Shown: in pieces, positions 18,301-27,536 of the stretch
Layout: each line of letters starts with the position of its first letter
Numbering within the stretch: position 1 is the first letter of the stretch
Assembly: GCA_944325565.1 (NCBI GenBank)
Contig: CALVAT010000001.1
Location: forward strand, 1-62,839
DNA length: 62,839 nucleotides
Reading direction: 5' to 3'
Origin: Candidatus Gastranaerophilales bacterium
GTDB lineage: Bacteria; Cyanobacteriota; Vampirovibrionia; Gastranaerophilales; Gastranaerophilaceae
The notes under the pieces: model-generated
Told to the model about the DNA's origin: nothing
Database searches by the model: none
The model's input: only the letters and a program-made list of their open reading frames with translations
Made by a program: the position numbers and the translations under genes

Positions 18301-18981
18301 CTACCATGGATATTTTTTATCCATTATCCAATCGTTGTCGAACAAATAAGCAGAACAATACATAGGCATTTCAGCCTCTTTATTGCAGCCTAATTTTGTA
18401 TCTTCAATAAGCTCTTCTCTTGGAATCTTCATATTATATGGTAAAAAAGGCTTTTGTTTGGAATTTAAAAGCATGAACACAAACAAATCTTTACCAAAAG
18501 TATTAGGTGGCTGCACAGAATTCATATCAACATATACAACCGCACAGACGGATTCCGGTTTTTTACAGCTACTAATGGTTTCGAACGCTATAGCAATATT
18601 GTTATTTAATACAACAGAAGGTATATTTGCTAGATTTACCTTTGTTGGCTTATTCTTGAAATTTTTATAGAAAACATCAGGGAAACATCCATCAGCTTCT
18701 GCCACGCAATTTTTTTCAACTCTTAAATACTGGGCAATATAATTATTAATCGTGTTTACATTTCTGTAATTACCCTTAAATCCCCACACATCCGGTGTAA
18801 AATTCAAATTCATCGAAAACTGCAATGTTTGCTGCATATCCGAATAAAATGAACGAAGTCTCATTGTTGTATTTTTTTTCTCTTTAATCTTATAGAAAGA
18901 GAAAAATATTGATAATACAACACCGACTAAAACCGCTATTGCTCCAACTGCTCGTAATTTTCTTTTAGTTATTTCATCCAT
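18301..18981 (-). CDS. Membrane-anchored hypothetical protein (Cys-rich periplasmic domain, pilin-like flavour)
   Basis: One N-terminal TM helix (AVGAIAVLVGVVLSIFF), 7 Cys residues, and the motif NTFGKDLFVF. No prepilin cleavage motif was seen. Confidence 0.55.
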   Translation of the reverse strand: MDEITKRKLRAVGAIAVLVGVVLSIFFSFYKIKEKKNTTMRLRSFYSDMQQTLQFSMNLNFTPDVWGFKGNYRNVNTINNYIAQYLRVEKNCVAEADGCFPDVFYKNFKNKPTKVNLANIPSVVLNNNIAIAFETISSCKKPESVCAVVYVDMNSVQPPNTFGKDLFVFMLLNSKQKPFLPYNMKIPREELIEDTKLGCNKEAEMPMYCSAYLFDNDWIMDKKYPW

Positions 18982-19044
18982 GACTATAATAATACCATGA
19001 ATTAAAAAATATATACAACTAATATAATACTAATAAATTAAAAA

Positions 19045-19072
19045 TTGCATAAAAAAATTCTTAAATTATAAT
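19045..19072 (+). promoter_or_regulatory. Candidate promoter TTGCAT-16 nt-TATAAT for ybaB-recR
   Basis: Hexamers at 19045-19050 and 19067-19072. Confidence 0.4.
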
Positions 19073-19114
19073 TGTGTATAGTTAAATAATATTTAGGGAA
19101 GAGGTAAAAACTAT

Positions 19115-19447
19115 ATGAACATCGCTCAAATGATGAAACAAGCACAACAAATGCAAAAAAAATTACAAGAAACACAAACTGAACTGGCTAACACCGAATT
19201 TAGTTCAGAATCAGGCAATGGTGCAGTTTCTGTCATATGTGACGGTCAGGGTAAATTTAAATCAATTAAATTAACAAAATCAGCACTTAATCCAGAAAAT
19301 CCTGATTCAGTTGATTCTGATACAGTAGAAATGCTTGAGGACTTGATTACAACAGCAATAAACAATGCGACTGCCCAAGCTACAAAAGAAATGCAAACAA
19401 AAATGAAATCACTAACAGGCGGAATTAACATTCCCGGTTTATTCTAA
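19115..19447 (+). CDS. ybaB: Nucleoid-associated protein YbaB/EbfC
   Basis: MMKQAQQMQKKLQE...G.G.V.V...G......I.......D.E.LEDL family pattern. It precedes recR as usual. Confidence 0.9.
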   Translation: MNIAQMMKQAQQMQKKLQETQTELANTEFSSESGNGAVSVICDGQGKFKSIKLTKSALNPENPDSVDSDTVEMLEDLITTAINNATAQATKEMQTKMKSLTGGINIPGLF

Positions 19448-20046
19448 TGCAATATACAAAACCACTTGCAACTTTAATAGAACATTTCCAAAAGTTACCC
19501 GGAATCGGACCTAAATCGGCTCAAAGGGTAGCTTTTCACTTGCTGAAAATGCCATTGGCAGAAGTGGAAAAATTTGCTAAAGCAATGGTTAACGCTAAAG
19601 AAACAATTCACTACTGCGATATATGCTTTAACATGTCAGCTACTAACCCATGCGAAATATGTTCCTCAACAAATAGAGATAATTCTATTATTTGTGTATG
19701 CGCAGAAACAAAAGACCTTATTGCAATAGAAAATACTAATGAGTATAAGGGAAAATACCATGTTCTGCAGGGACTTATATCACCCATTGACGGGATTGGC
19801 GCTGAAGACATAAGAATAAAAGAACTTTTACACAGAATTGCCAATAATGACATAAAAGAAGTGATTATTGCCCTAAATCCATCTGTAGAAGGTGAAGCAA
19901 CAAGTCTTTATCTTACTAAATTACTAAAACCTTTTAACATAAAAGTAACAAGAATTGCATTTGGTATTCCTATTGGTTCAGACATAGAGTATGCAGACGA
20001 AATCACGCTTGCAAAGGCAATAGAATGCAGGCGTGAAATCAATTAA
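19447..20046 (+). CDS. recR: Recombination protein RecR
   Basis: LPGIGPKSAQR HhH motif, a C4 zinc finger (CDIC...CEIC), and a Toprim block. Confidence 0.95.
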   Translation: MQYTKPLATLIEHFQKLPGIGPKSAQRVAFHLLKMPLAEVEKFAKAMVNAKETIHYCDICFNMSATNPCEICSSTNRDNSIICVCAETKDLIAIENTNEYKGKYHVLQGLISPIDGIGAEDIRIKELLHRIANNDIKEVIIALNPSVEGEATSLYLTKLLKPFNIKVTRIAFGIPIGSDIEYADEITLAKAIECRREIN

Positions 20047-20063
20047 AATGCATATAATAATTC

Positions 20064-21515
20064 TTATGAAGAAGAAGAAACCCCAATAGAAGAAAGCTGA
20101 GAAACCAACTGTGAGTACTGGTTATTCATAGCAGCAATCTGTTGATCCATATAATTAAATTGTTGGGTGATTCTCTCACGATAAATTTCAAGGTCTTCCT
20201 CTTTATCAGCTATTTTGTCAGCCAACCTACTTAATTGGCTGGATAATGATGAACTTCTAGCCGTAAAATAGCCACCTTCAGCGTTGAGTGCAGTGTCTAA
20301 CCCGTCTTGAACCATCTGCATAATACCTTGAGTCGCTTCTTCACCTGTCGCAGTATTAGCATTTGTCCCTATTAAAAGCTCTTTAACAGCAGCAGGATTT
20401 GACCTAAAAGCCTCATAAAATTTTTCTTCATCAATAACCAGAGAAGTTGTATCAGCATCAACATCCATCCCTGGCGCACCGGAAGTAATCCCAATATCAG
20501 CAAGTGATTTATAAACACCATCTGAATTTACTGTTGTCGTAATCATGTTTCTTAACCTGTTTCTAATAGAAACAAGCGTATTCTCACCATATAAACTACC
20601 TTCAGAATCAGTTTCGGTATCAGTATCATTGATAGCCTTATTGAATGCCTCAACAAATGATTTTAGTGCTTCAAGTACTCCGTCAGCATCTGATTCTCTA
20701 GTAATATTAACTTTAACAACCTCATCACCGGTTACCTCTTTTAATTCTAAAGATAATCCGGTAACACCGGTTTCAGCGCTTGTCAGATTATTTTTACTTG
20801 CTTCCTTTTGCTTACCATTTATTGTAAATATAGCGTTTTGACCGACAGTTAAATTGTCATCATCAGTCCACCCTATCCAAGAAGCAAAATCAGAACCTTC
20901 ACCATCTTCTATAACAATATCTTTAGCCCCGAGATCAGTCCCTTCAAGAACGATTTGTCCGTCTTCAAGGTGGGCAGAAACATTTGCATCAGAAGAATTA
21001 TTTATCTGGTAAACCAGACCATCAATTGTAGTATCACCATCAACAGCAAATGTTGCACCATTAATTGTAAAAGTGCCTTCTTTATCATATCCTAAATCCG
21101 ACAATTTTACCGATGAATCAGAAAAATCAAGCTGTTTTCCATCTGGACTATCCGGCCCATAAGTTCTTCTTGCAGTAGGACTTGCAAGTTGCTGAACACT
21201 GATTTTCAAGACAGCTGGCGTAGCAAGCTGTGTTGCAGTTGCTGTTAAGTATTTATTATCTTCATCAGAAGTTGTTACTGATATTTTAGCAAATATATCA
21301 GATGAAGCACCGTAAAGGGCGTCAGTAAATTTTAAAGTCGCTGTATTAACTGCACTATATGTAGACTTTAATGTATTTAACGTATTAGATTTTTCATTTA
21401 GTTCTTCCTGCTGTGCCGTTAGAGAATCTATTTTGCTTTGTTCAACTTCTACAAAAGCTTCAATCCATTCGTTAATAGGCAAACCTGAACCAACACCTGA
21501 AATTGATATAGACAT
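20064..21515 (-). CDS. fliD: Flagellar filament capping protein FliD
   Basis: N-terminal ISGVGSGLPINEWIEAF..VEQ.KID.L and C-terminal coiled coil (QQFNYMDQQIAAMNNQ). Confidence 0.85.
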   Translation of the reverse strand: MSISISGVGSGLPINEWIEAFVEVEQSKIDSLTAQQEELNEKSNTLNTLKSTYSAVNTATLKFTDALYGASSDIFAKISVTTSDEDNKYLTATATQLATPAVLKISVQQLASPTARRTYGPDSPDGKQLDFSDSSVKLSDLGYDKEGTFTINGATFAVDGDTTIDGLVYQINNSSDANVSAHLEDGQIVLEGTDLGAKDIVIEDGEGSDFASWIGWTDDDNLTVGQNAIFTINGKQKEASKNNLTSAETGVTGLSLELKEVTGDEVVKVNITRESDADGVLEALKSFVEAFNKAINDTDTETDSEGSLYGENTLVSIRNRLRNMITTTVNSDGVYKSLADIGITSGAPGMDVDADTTSLVIDEEKFYEAFRSNPAAVKELLIGTNANTATGEEATQGIMQMVQDGLDTALNAEGGYFTARSSSLSSQLSRLADKIADKEEDLEIYRERITQQFNYMDQQIAAMNNQYSQLVSQLSSIGVSSSS

Positions 21516-21791
21516 ATATAGCTACCTCATATTAATTACAATATGATAATACATTACGCCAAATAACTATTAGAATCCTACATTTAAATTATTTTTTTTT
21601 CCTATGAAAGCAATACAAAAGATATAAAAATACCCATAAATATTAGATAAACGGAATATATTTATGATAATGTTACATTTTGTACTTTTTTATTTTATAG
21701 GTATAATTTTTATTGGAAGTATAGGTAAATTAGGTACATAATAATTTCTATAATTAATAAAAAAGCTGGTATATTCTTATTAACGGTTGGC

Positions 21792-23720
21792 ATGCTTATT
21801 GTACAGGCATCGCCGTCATTTGCATTGAGTCCAAAATGGAAATTCTGGGAGCGAAATAAAAAGGATAACATAGAAGAGCAAAAACAAAACACTCCCTCAC
21901 CAGATTCACTCTGGGACAAAGTTCAACCTGAAAGACAAAACTTGCAGGCCGAAAAAAACAAGACAACTTCTGACATAAAATTCAGCTCTGTAGAGATTGA
22001 AGGAAACAGTCTTATTACAACTGAAGAAATTTTAGAAAATGTAAAAATTCAGCCCGGAGATCCTTATAGCGTAGAAACAGTTCAACAGAACTTAAAATCT
22101 ATATACGAAATGGGATATTTTAGCGAAAAAATGAGAGCTATCCCAATAAAAGTCGACGATAAAAATATTAAATTAAAAATTATCGTGCAAGAAAATATAC
22201 CGATAACAGATTTTACAATTTCAGGAAATGATTCGATTGCAACAGGCGACCTGCTGCAAATACTTGGTTCTTTAATAAACAAGCCTCAAAATATAAACAA
22301 AATAAATGAGGCTATACAAGAAATACAAGAATACTATGCAAGTCAGGGATATATTCTTGCAAGAGTAACAGCGGTAACAGATGATCCCGATGGCATGGTC
22401 AATATTTCTATTGATGAAGGTAAAATCGGTTCTATTGTAATAGAGGGCAATAAAAAGACAAAAGATTTTGTTGTAAAAAGAAATATTCTTACACAGCCCG
22501 GTACTATATACAATGAAAACTTAATAAAACAGGACTTGATGAGGCTATATGGAACTCAGGCGTTCAAGGATGTAAAAAGAACAATAGAAAGAGATGAAGA
22601 CAATCCTGAAGTTTATAAAGTAACTATACACCTTGAAGAACAAAGAACAGGAACAATATCTTTAGGCGGTGGTATAGATACAGCAACAGGTTTGTTTGGT
22701 ACAGGCGGTTTCACAGATAATAACTTTAGAGGAACAGGACAAAGAGTTTCTTTAAGCCTTTTAGCTGGTACAGGTGTTGTCATGGCAGACAGCTCCATGC
22801 TTAACAGAGCAAATTTACAGGCTGAATTGAGCTGGTTTGAACCGAAATTAAAAGGAACTGACAACTCATTAATGATAAAAGCGTTTGGACGTGATTTTGC
22901 AAGTTACCAGATTCCTCTTGCTGTTGAAAAAAGATTTGGCTTAGAAGCAACAATATCAAGAGCCTTTGTAAACTTCCCGCACTTAGTAGGATCATTCGGA
23001 GTAGGGCTTGAAAACGTCCACGTAAAAGAAGGCGATGCAAACCAGATTCAAAGATTATATGCTGCACATAACATACCTATATCAGAACGTGCTAAACAAT
23101 TGCAGGGCGGTCTATTCCTTTCACTGTCGCCAAGCTTAATTTATGACACAAGAGATAACACCACTCTTCCTAGAAGCGGTGTATTTGCAAACGTAAGATT
23201 TGATGAAGAAATTGCACTTGACGGTTTTGACAATACATTTGGAAAACTTTCCGGTGGAATTAAAAAATACTATCCTGTAGGTAAAAAATCATCTGTATCA
23301 CTGGCATTTAGAGCAGGTGGAAAAATCCACGGCGACATTCCAGAAGTTATGGCATACCGTTTAGGCGGTCCGTATACGGTAAGAGGTTTTAGAATGAGCG
23401 GTATTGGTACAGGTAATGGATTCATGATGGGATCAGCTGAATTTCAAACCCCGATTCCATTCATTGATAGAATTACAGAAGCCAAATTCCTTGATAACAT
23501 AAGAATCGCAGCATTCGTTGATGCAGGTCAAATTTATGGATCTACAGTTACAAACGAAATATATAACAGACCGATACACGCAATTACAGCCGGTGTTGGT
23601 GTAAGAGTATATGTACCGGGAGTTGGTCCGTTGAGCATAGACTGGGGCTATCCGCTCACAGGTGTACCTGATGGAACTTCTAAAGGTGCATTCACCTTTG
23701 GTGTCGGTGAGTTTTATTAG
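21792..23720 (+). CDS. bamA: Outer membrane protein assembly factor BamA/Omp85 family
   Basis: POTRA-like repeats (I.F.G...I....L) and a C-terminal beta-barrel ending GAFTFGVGEFY. The true start is probably upstream at a non-ATG codon (see findings). Confidence 0.8.
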   Translation: MLIVQASPSFALSPKWKFWERNKKDNIEEQKQNTPSPDSLWDKVQPERQNLQAEKNKTTSDIKFSSVEIEGNSLITTEEILENVKIQPGDPYSVETVQQNLKSIYEMGYFSEKMRAIPIKVDDKNIKLKIIVQENIPITDFTISGNDSIATGDLLQILGSLINKPQNINKINEAIQEIQEYYASQGYILARVTAVTDDPDGMVNISIDEGKIGSIVIEGNKKTKDFVVKRNILTQPGTIYNENLIKQDLMRLYGTQAFKDVKRTIERDEDNPEVYKVTIHLEEQRTGTISLGGGIDTATGLFGTGGFTDNNFRGTGQRVSLSLLAGTGVVMADSSMLNRANLQAELSWFEPKLKGTDNSLMIKAFGRDFASYQIPLAVEKRFGLEATISRAFVNFPHLVGSFGVGLENVHVKEGDANQIQRLYAAHNIPISERAKQLQGGLFLSLSPSLIYDTRDNTTLPRSGVFANVRFDEEIALDGFDNTFGKLSGGIKKYYPVGKKSSVSLAFRAGGKIHGDIPEVMAYRLGGPYTVRGFRMSGIGTGNGFMMGSAEFQTPIPFIDRITEAKFLDNIRIAAFVDAGQIYGSTVTNEIYNRPIHAITAGVGVRVYVPGVGPLSIDWGYPLTGVPDGTSKGAFTFGVGEFY

Positions 23721-23792
23721 TAAATTCAGCAAAATGAACAAAAAAATTGTATAATCGTTAAATATTAAAAAGAAGAGAATGGAGGAACTAAC

Positions 23793-24497
23793 ATGATAAA
23801 CGTAAATACCCAAAAACTAGTATCAACTATGCTTTTGGCATCAATGGTTACATTTGGCGCAGGATTTATACCTGTCCTCAATTGCTCTGCTCCAGCAGCG
23901 GCTGAACAATTTACGCCTTTGCAAGGAAAAGTTATTTATGTTCCTTCTGGTACAAGCTTCCCAGCCACAGCGACTATGGAATTATCTTCTGAATCTCTTG
24001 AGCTCGGACAAAGTGTTTGTATAGCACTGTCGCAAGACTTTTATTACAATAATACATTAATTGCTCCGATAGGCAGTTCTGTTAATGGTACGGTTATACA
24101 GGTAAAAAAGGCAGGCAGAGCAGGCATAAACGGTCAACTGATGGTTAAATTTACCAATATCATTACCCCGAACGGACAAATGATTCCAATTTCCGGTAAA
24201 ATACAAACTGAAGATGGCACGGGCCTTATTAAAGGCGGAACTAAACTGGAATCTGCAACTGAGTATGCAAAAGACATTGCAATAGGCTCTGCAGCAGGCG
24301 CTGTTGCCGGCGTAATAATGGGGCCATTATCAGGCGGCAAGGTTGGTAAAGGTGCAGTATACGGAACAGCTGTAGGCGCAGGTGTTGGTGTTGCAAAATC
24401 AATATGGGACAAAGGTGAACCAGCAACAATATCAGCAGGAGCCGTTGTTAATATCGTACTTGATCAACAAATAACTTTTACTCCACAAAAAAAATAA
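23793..24497 (+). CDS. Secreted protein with TrbI/VirB10-like beta-barrel segment and glycine-zipper C-terminus
   Basis: Signal peptide, VPSGTSFPAT...LIAPIGSSVNGTV...FTNIITPNGQMIPISG pattern, and tail GSAAGAVAGVIMG...GTAVGAGVGVA. Confidence 0.5.
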   Translation: MINVNTQKLVSTMLLASMVTFGAGFIPVLNCSAPAAAEQFTPLQGKVIYVPSGTSFPATATMELSSESLELGQSVCIALSQDFYYNNTLIAPIGSSVNGTVIQVKKAGRAGINGQLMVKFTNIITPNGQMIPISGKIQTEDGTGLIKGGTKLESATEYAKDIAIGSAAGAVAGVIMGPLSGGKVGKGAVYGTAVGAGVGVAKSIWDKGEPATISAGAVVNIVLDQQITFTPQKK

Positions 24498-24580
24498 TAC
24501 CAATAATTAAGTAACTCGGGTGATTTGTTTTACAGTTCTGCTTTTGCTAAACTATAAAACAAAAGAGATTTGGGGACAAA

Positions 24581-25801
24581 ATGACACTACTAGGTAACAT
24601 TGAAACATACGAAGAAGAGGAAGAATTACAGGATTCCAAATACACCTATGGAATCTATAAAAAGGAAGACGAAAATGACATTCCTCTTCCTAAATGCTTT
24701 GTTTATTCAGCAGTATTGCATCCGATTGTGATAGGGCTTATTTGGTTATGCGTAATCATTCTGGCAATATTAGGAATAAACTTTTCACTATTTGACAAAC
24801 CACAACCAAAACCAAAAGATATTGAGTTTGTACTTGTGAATAAAGAAGCAACGCCTATAAATAAAAATACAAAATTTAGAGCTGATAAAAATTCAAGAGC
24901 CGGCGGCATACACGATCCTAAACGACCTGTATCTTTGCCTCAACCGGCATCTCAACCAACAAAAGCACAACAGGCAGCACCGGTTAGCAAAGCAAGCACA
25001 CCACAAAGAGCAGCACAACCTGTTCAACAGCCTAAACATCAGCCTAAACAACAGCCAAGACAGCAGAAAAAAACGGCTCCAACACCAAAACAGACAACCA
25101 ATGCGCCAACTCCTCCGTGGGCTCCTAAAAAAATAGAAAAACCAGCGGCTCCGCAAGGTGTTCCCAAAGCACAAGCGCCAGCACCAAAGCCTGCAATCAA
25201 ACCGAGTGCACCTAAAACACAAAAACCCAAAGGAACATTCAACATACCGGCACCTAAGATAGCTGCTCCGAAAGTTGCAGGCCCATCAGGTGGCCCGGTT
25301 GCAGGAACAAAATCCGGCTCCGGCTCAAAAAGCGGAAGCTCCGGCAGCGGAAGCAAATATACACCATCTCCAAGCTTTTCACCCAGCAACTCAGGCAGTT
25401 CGACCGGCGGTAGATTTTCACCGGGAAGCACGGGCAGAAGCGGTAATGTTGGAAATCCTGGTCCAGGTAATCCCAAGGGAGCTCCGGGCATAGATGCAGT
25501 TAAAGAACCAGATTTTGGACCATATATGCGTGAATTGCAGCGCCGAATTAAAATGAACTGGGAACCACCTAAAGGCAATGAAAGCAAACGTGTTGTTCTG
25601 TTATTCAAAATAGCAAGAGACGGAAGATTGATTTCGCACAAGGTATATAAATCGTCCGGCTTGCCTGCAGCAGACAGAGCAGCAATGCACGCGGTAGAAT
25701 TAACAGCTCCATTTAAACCTTTGCCACCAGAATACAAAGGTGATAGCGTAGATATTCAGTTTACTTTTGACTACAACGTCTTTGGAGCAACTGCATACTA
25801 A
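24581..25801 (+). CDS. tonB: TonB-family energy transducer
   Basis: One TM helix, a long Pro/Lys/Gln-rich then Ser/Gly-rich linker, and a TonB_C-like end (RRIKMNWEPP...LLFKIARDGRL...FDY). exbB/exbD follow. Confidence 0.75.
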   Translation: MTLLGNIETYEEEEELQDSKYTYGIYKKEDENDIPLPKCFVYSAVLHPIVIGLIWLCVIILAILGINFSLFDKPQPKPKDIEFVLVNKEATPINKNTKFRADKNSRAGGIHDPKRPVSLPQPASQPTKAQQAAPVSKASTPQRAAQPVQQPKHQPKQQPRQQKKTAPTPKQTTNAPTPPWAPKKIEKPAAPQGVPKAQAPAPKPAIKPSAPKTQKPKGTFNIPAPKIAAPKVAGPSGGPVAGTKSGSGSKSGSSGSGSKYTPSPSFSPSNSGSSTGGRFSPGSTGRSGNVGNPGPGNPKGAPGIDAVKEPDFGPYMRELQRRIKMNWEPPKGNESKRVVLLFKIARDGRLISHKVYKSSGLPAADRAAMHAVELTAPFKPLPPEYKGDSVDIQFTFDYNVFGATAY

Positions 25802-25842
25802 CAAAGAACTATATTTATTAGCACATAGAAAGAGGAAAAACA

Positions 25843-26490
25843 ATGGAATTATTACTAAAAGCAGCAGTCGAAGATCTTTGGATTATAGCCCCTATCATTC
25901 TTTGTTCTATTTTAACTATTATGGTAGCAATTAATAAATTTTACTATTACAGTAAAAATAAAAGAAATGTTGTACTTTTTATAAAAAAGCTTCAAAAAGA
26001 ATTAACCCAGAACAATCTTGATTCAGCGCAAAATCTTAGCGAACAGCTCGGTGGAATAATCGGCGGAGTAGCTGAAGAAGCTGTAAGAATATTTTCTGAG
26101 CAAAAGAGCGGATTTTCACGTTCTTTTGACATAGCTTCAAGCTTAGCAACAAGAAAATTAGAAGCACACCTTACAATACTGGGTACAATAGGCGGTGTTT
26201 GCCCCTTCTTAGGTCTTTTTGGTACTGTTGTAAGAATTCTTTTCACATTCCAGGATTTAGCAGTTCAGGGCAACCAATCTGCAGCTGTTGCATCAGGTAT
26301 TGCATCAGCATTGATTGCAACTGCTTTAGGTTTGGGAGTCGCTATTGTAGCTGTTATCCTCTACAACTATTTTCAATCAGTTGTTAAAAGATTTGAAGAT
26401 GACTTCCAGCTAATCAAACTTTTATTCTTAAGTTTCGTTGACAGCAATGAAGAAGTAAATATAAATCAACCAACAAACATCGCATTATAA
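25843..26490 (+). CDS. exbB: MotA/TolQ/ExbB proton channel family protein
   Basis: Three TM segments and the conserved L..IG...P.LGL.GTV block. Confidence 0.85.
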   Translation: MELLLKAAVEDLWIIAPIILCSILTIMVAINKFYYYSKNKRNVVLFIKKLQKELTQNNLDSAQNLSEQLGGIIGGVAEEAVRIFSEQKSGFSRSFDIASSLATRKLEAHLTILGTIGGVCPFLGLFGTVVRILFTFQDLAVQGNQSAAVASGIASALIATALGLGVAIVAVILYNYFQSVVKRFEDDFQLIKLLFLSFVDSNEEVNINQPTNIAL

Positions 26491-26510
26491 TTAATTGAAA
26501 GTAAAACAAA

Positions 26511-27035
26511 ATGGCATTTAAGACATCAAAGGGCAAAGAGGCTCTATTTACAGAAATCAATATAACACCGCTGACAGATATATTTCTTGTATTACTGATT
26601 ATAATGATGGTTATTGCACCAACATTTCAATCTAATGACAGCAGTATCAAAATGCCGGAAATAAACAGCGGTCTGGCTGTAGAACAAAAAAATGCAACCA
26701 TATCTGTAACTAAAGACGGAAAATTTTACGTAAATGGAGCACAGGTACAAGAAGATGATATTTACAACCAGCTTCTTGCATTAAAACCAAAGCTTGAAAA
26801 AAAGGAAGTTGTAGTCAAAGCAGATGAAAGCGTACGCAGCAGAGAAATTATGAAAATCATGAAAGCTGCTCAGGATGCAGAATTTGACAAACTTATTGTT
26901 GCAGGAGAACCACTTTCTAAAAAAGAACAAAAACAGCTTGAAAATGATGATATAAAAAAACACTCATCCGATTTAAGCCAGAATAATATACAAGACTACA
27001 AACAAACGGTCGGTGAAATCCCGTCAGAAGAATAG
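26511..27035 (+). CDS. exbD: ExbD/TolR family protein (with charged C-terminal extension)
   Basis: EINITPLTDIFLVLLIIMMV signature. Confidence 0.85.
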   Translation: MAFKTSKGKEALFTEINITPLTDIFLVLLIIMMVIAPTFQSNDSSIKMPEINSGLAVEQKNATISVTKDGKFYVNGAQVQEDDIYNQLLALKPKLEKKEVVVKADESVRSREIMKIMKAAQDAEFDKLIVAGEPLSKKEQKQLENDDIKKHSSDLSQNNIQDYKQTVGEIPSEE

Positions 27036-27046
27036 GATACTTAATT

Positions 27047-27436
27047 ATGGCAAGAAATAGAGATTCTTTTAATGAAATAAATATTACCCCATTAACAGAC
27101 ATTTTTCTGGTGCTGCTGATTATAATGATGGTTATTGCTCCATTATTGGATCAACAGGGGCTTAATCTTGCCGTGCCAAATAATGTTGAAGTTCAAGATG
27201 TTAAACAGGATAACAAGCTAATTTCAGTTACTGTAAGTGATGATGACAGATATTTTATAGATGATCAAGAAATAACACCTGAACAGCTCGAGGACACGAT
27301 ACAACAGAAAATAAAAGATTTTCCAGAAGGTTTATTAATTCTTGCGCAGCCAGATGCATCACACGGTGCTGTTGTAAAACTTATGGATAAAGCAAGGAAT
27401 GCAGGCGTTACTAATATATCAATTGCTGAATCATAA
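27047..27436 (+). CDS. exbD: ExbD/TolR family protein (second copy)
   Basis: EINITPLTDIFLVLLIIMMV signature, identical over 20 aa to the upstream paralog. Confidence 0.85.
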   Translation: MARNRDSFNEINITPLTDIFLVLLIIMMVIAPLLDQQGLNLAVPNNVEVQDVKQDNKLISVTVSDDDRYFIDDQEITPEQLEDTIQQKIKDFPEGLLILAQPDASHGAVVKLMDKARNAGVTNISIAES

Positions 27437-27536
27437 GACTAAAGTATTTTTTCTCAAAATACTTTACCATTGAGATATTTAACAATATAATAAATATAAT
27501 GGTGGTAATTGTATTTAGAGAATTAATTATAAAAAT

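Noticed and set aside
23433-23813. 126-aa minus-strand ORF spanning the bamA 3' end and the next gene's start
   Set aside because: It is antisense to two well-supported genes, with Cys/Ile/Phe-rich low-quality composition.
25039-25737. 232-aa antisense ORF (plus 24893-25222 and 25275-25493) inside tonB
   Set aside because: These are low-complexity Pro/Gly/Ala-rich translations of the GC-rich TonB linker region. The sense-strand TonB has a TM anchor, a TonB_C domain and operon context.
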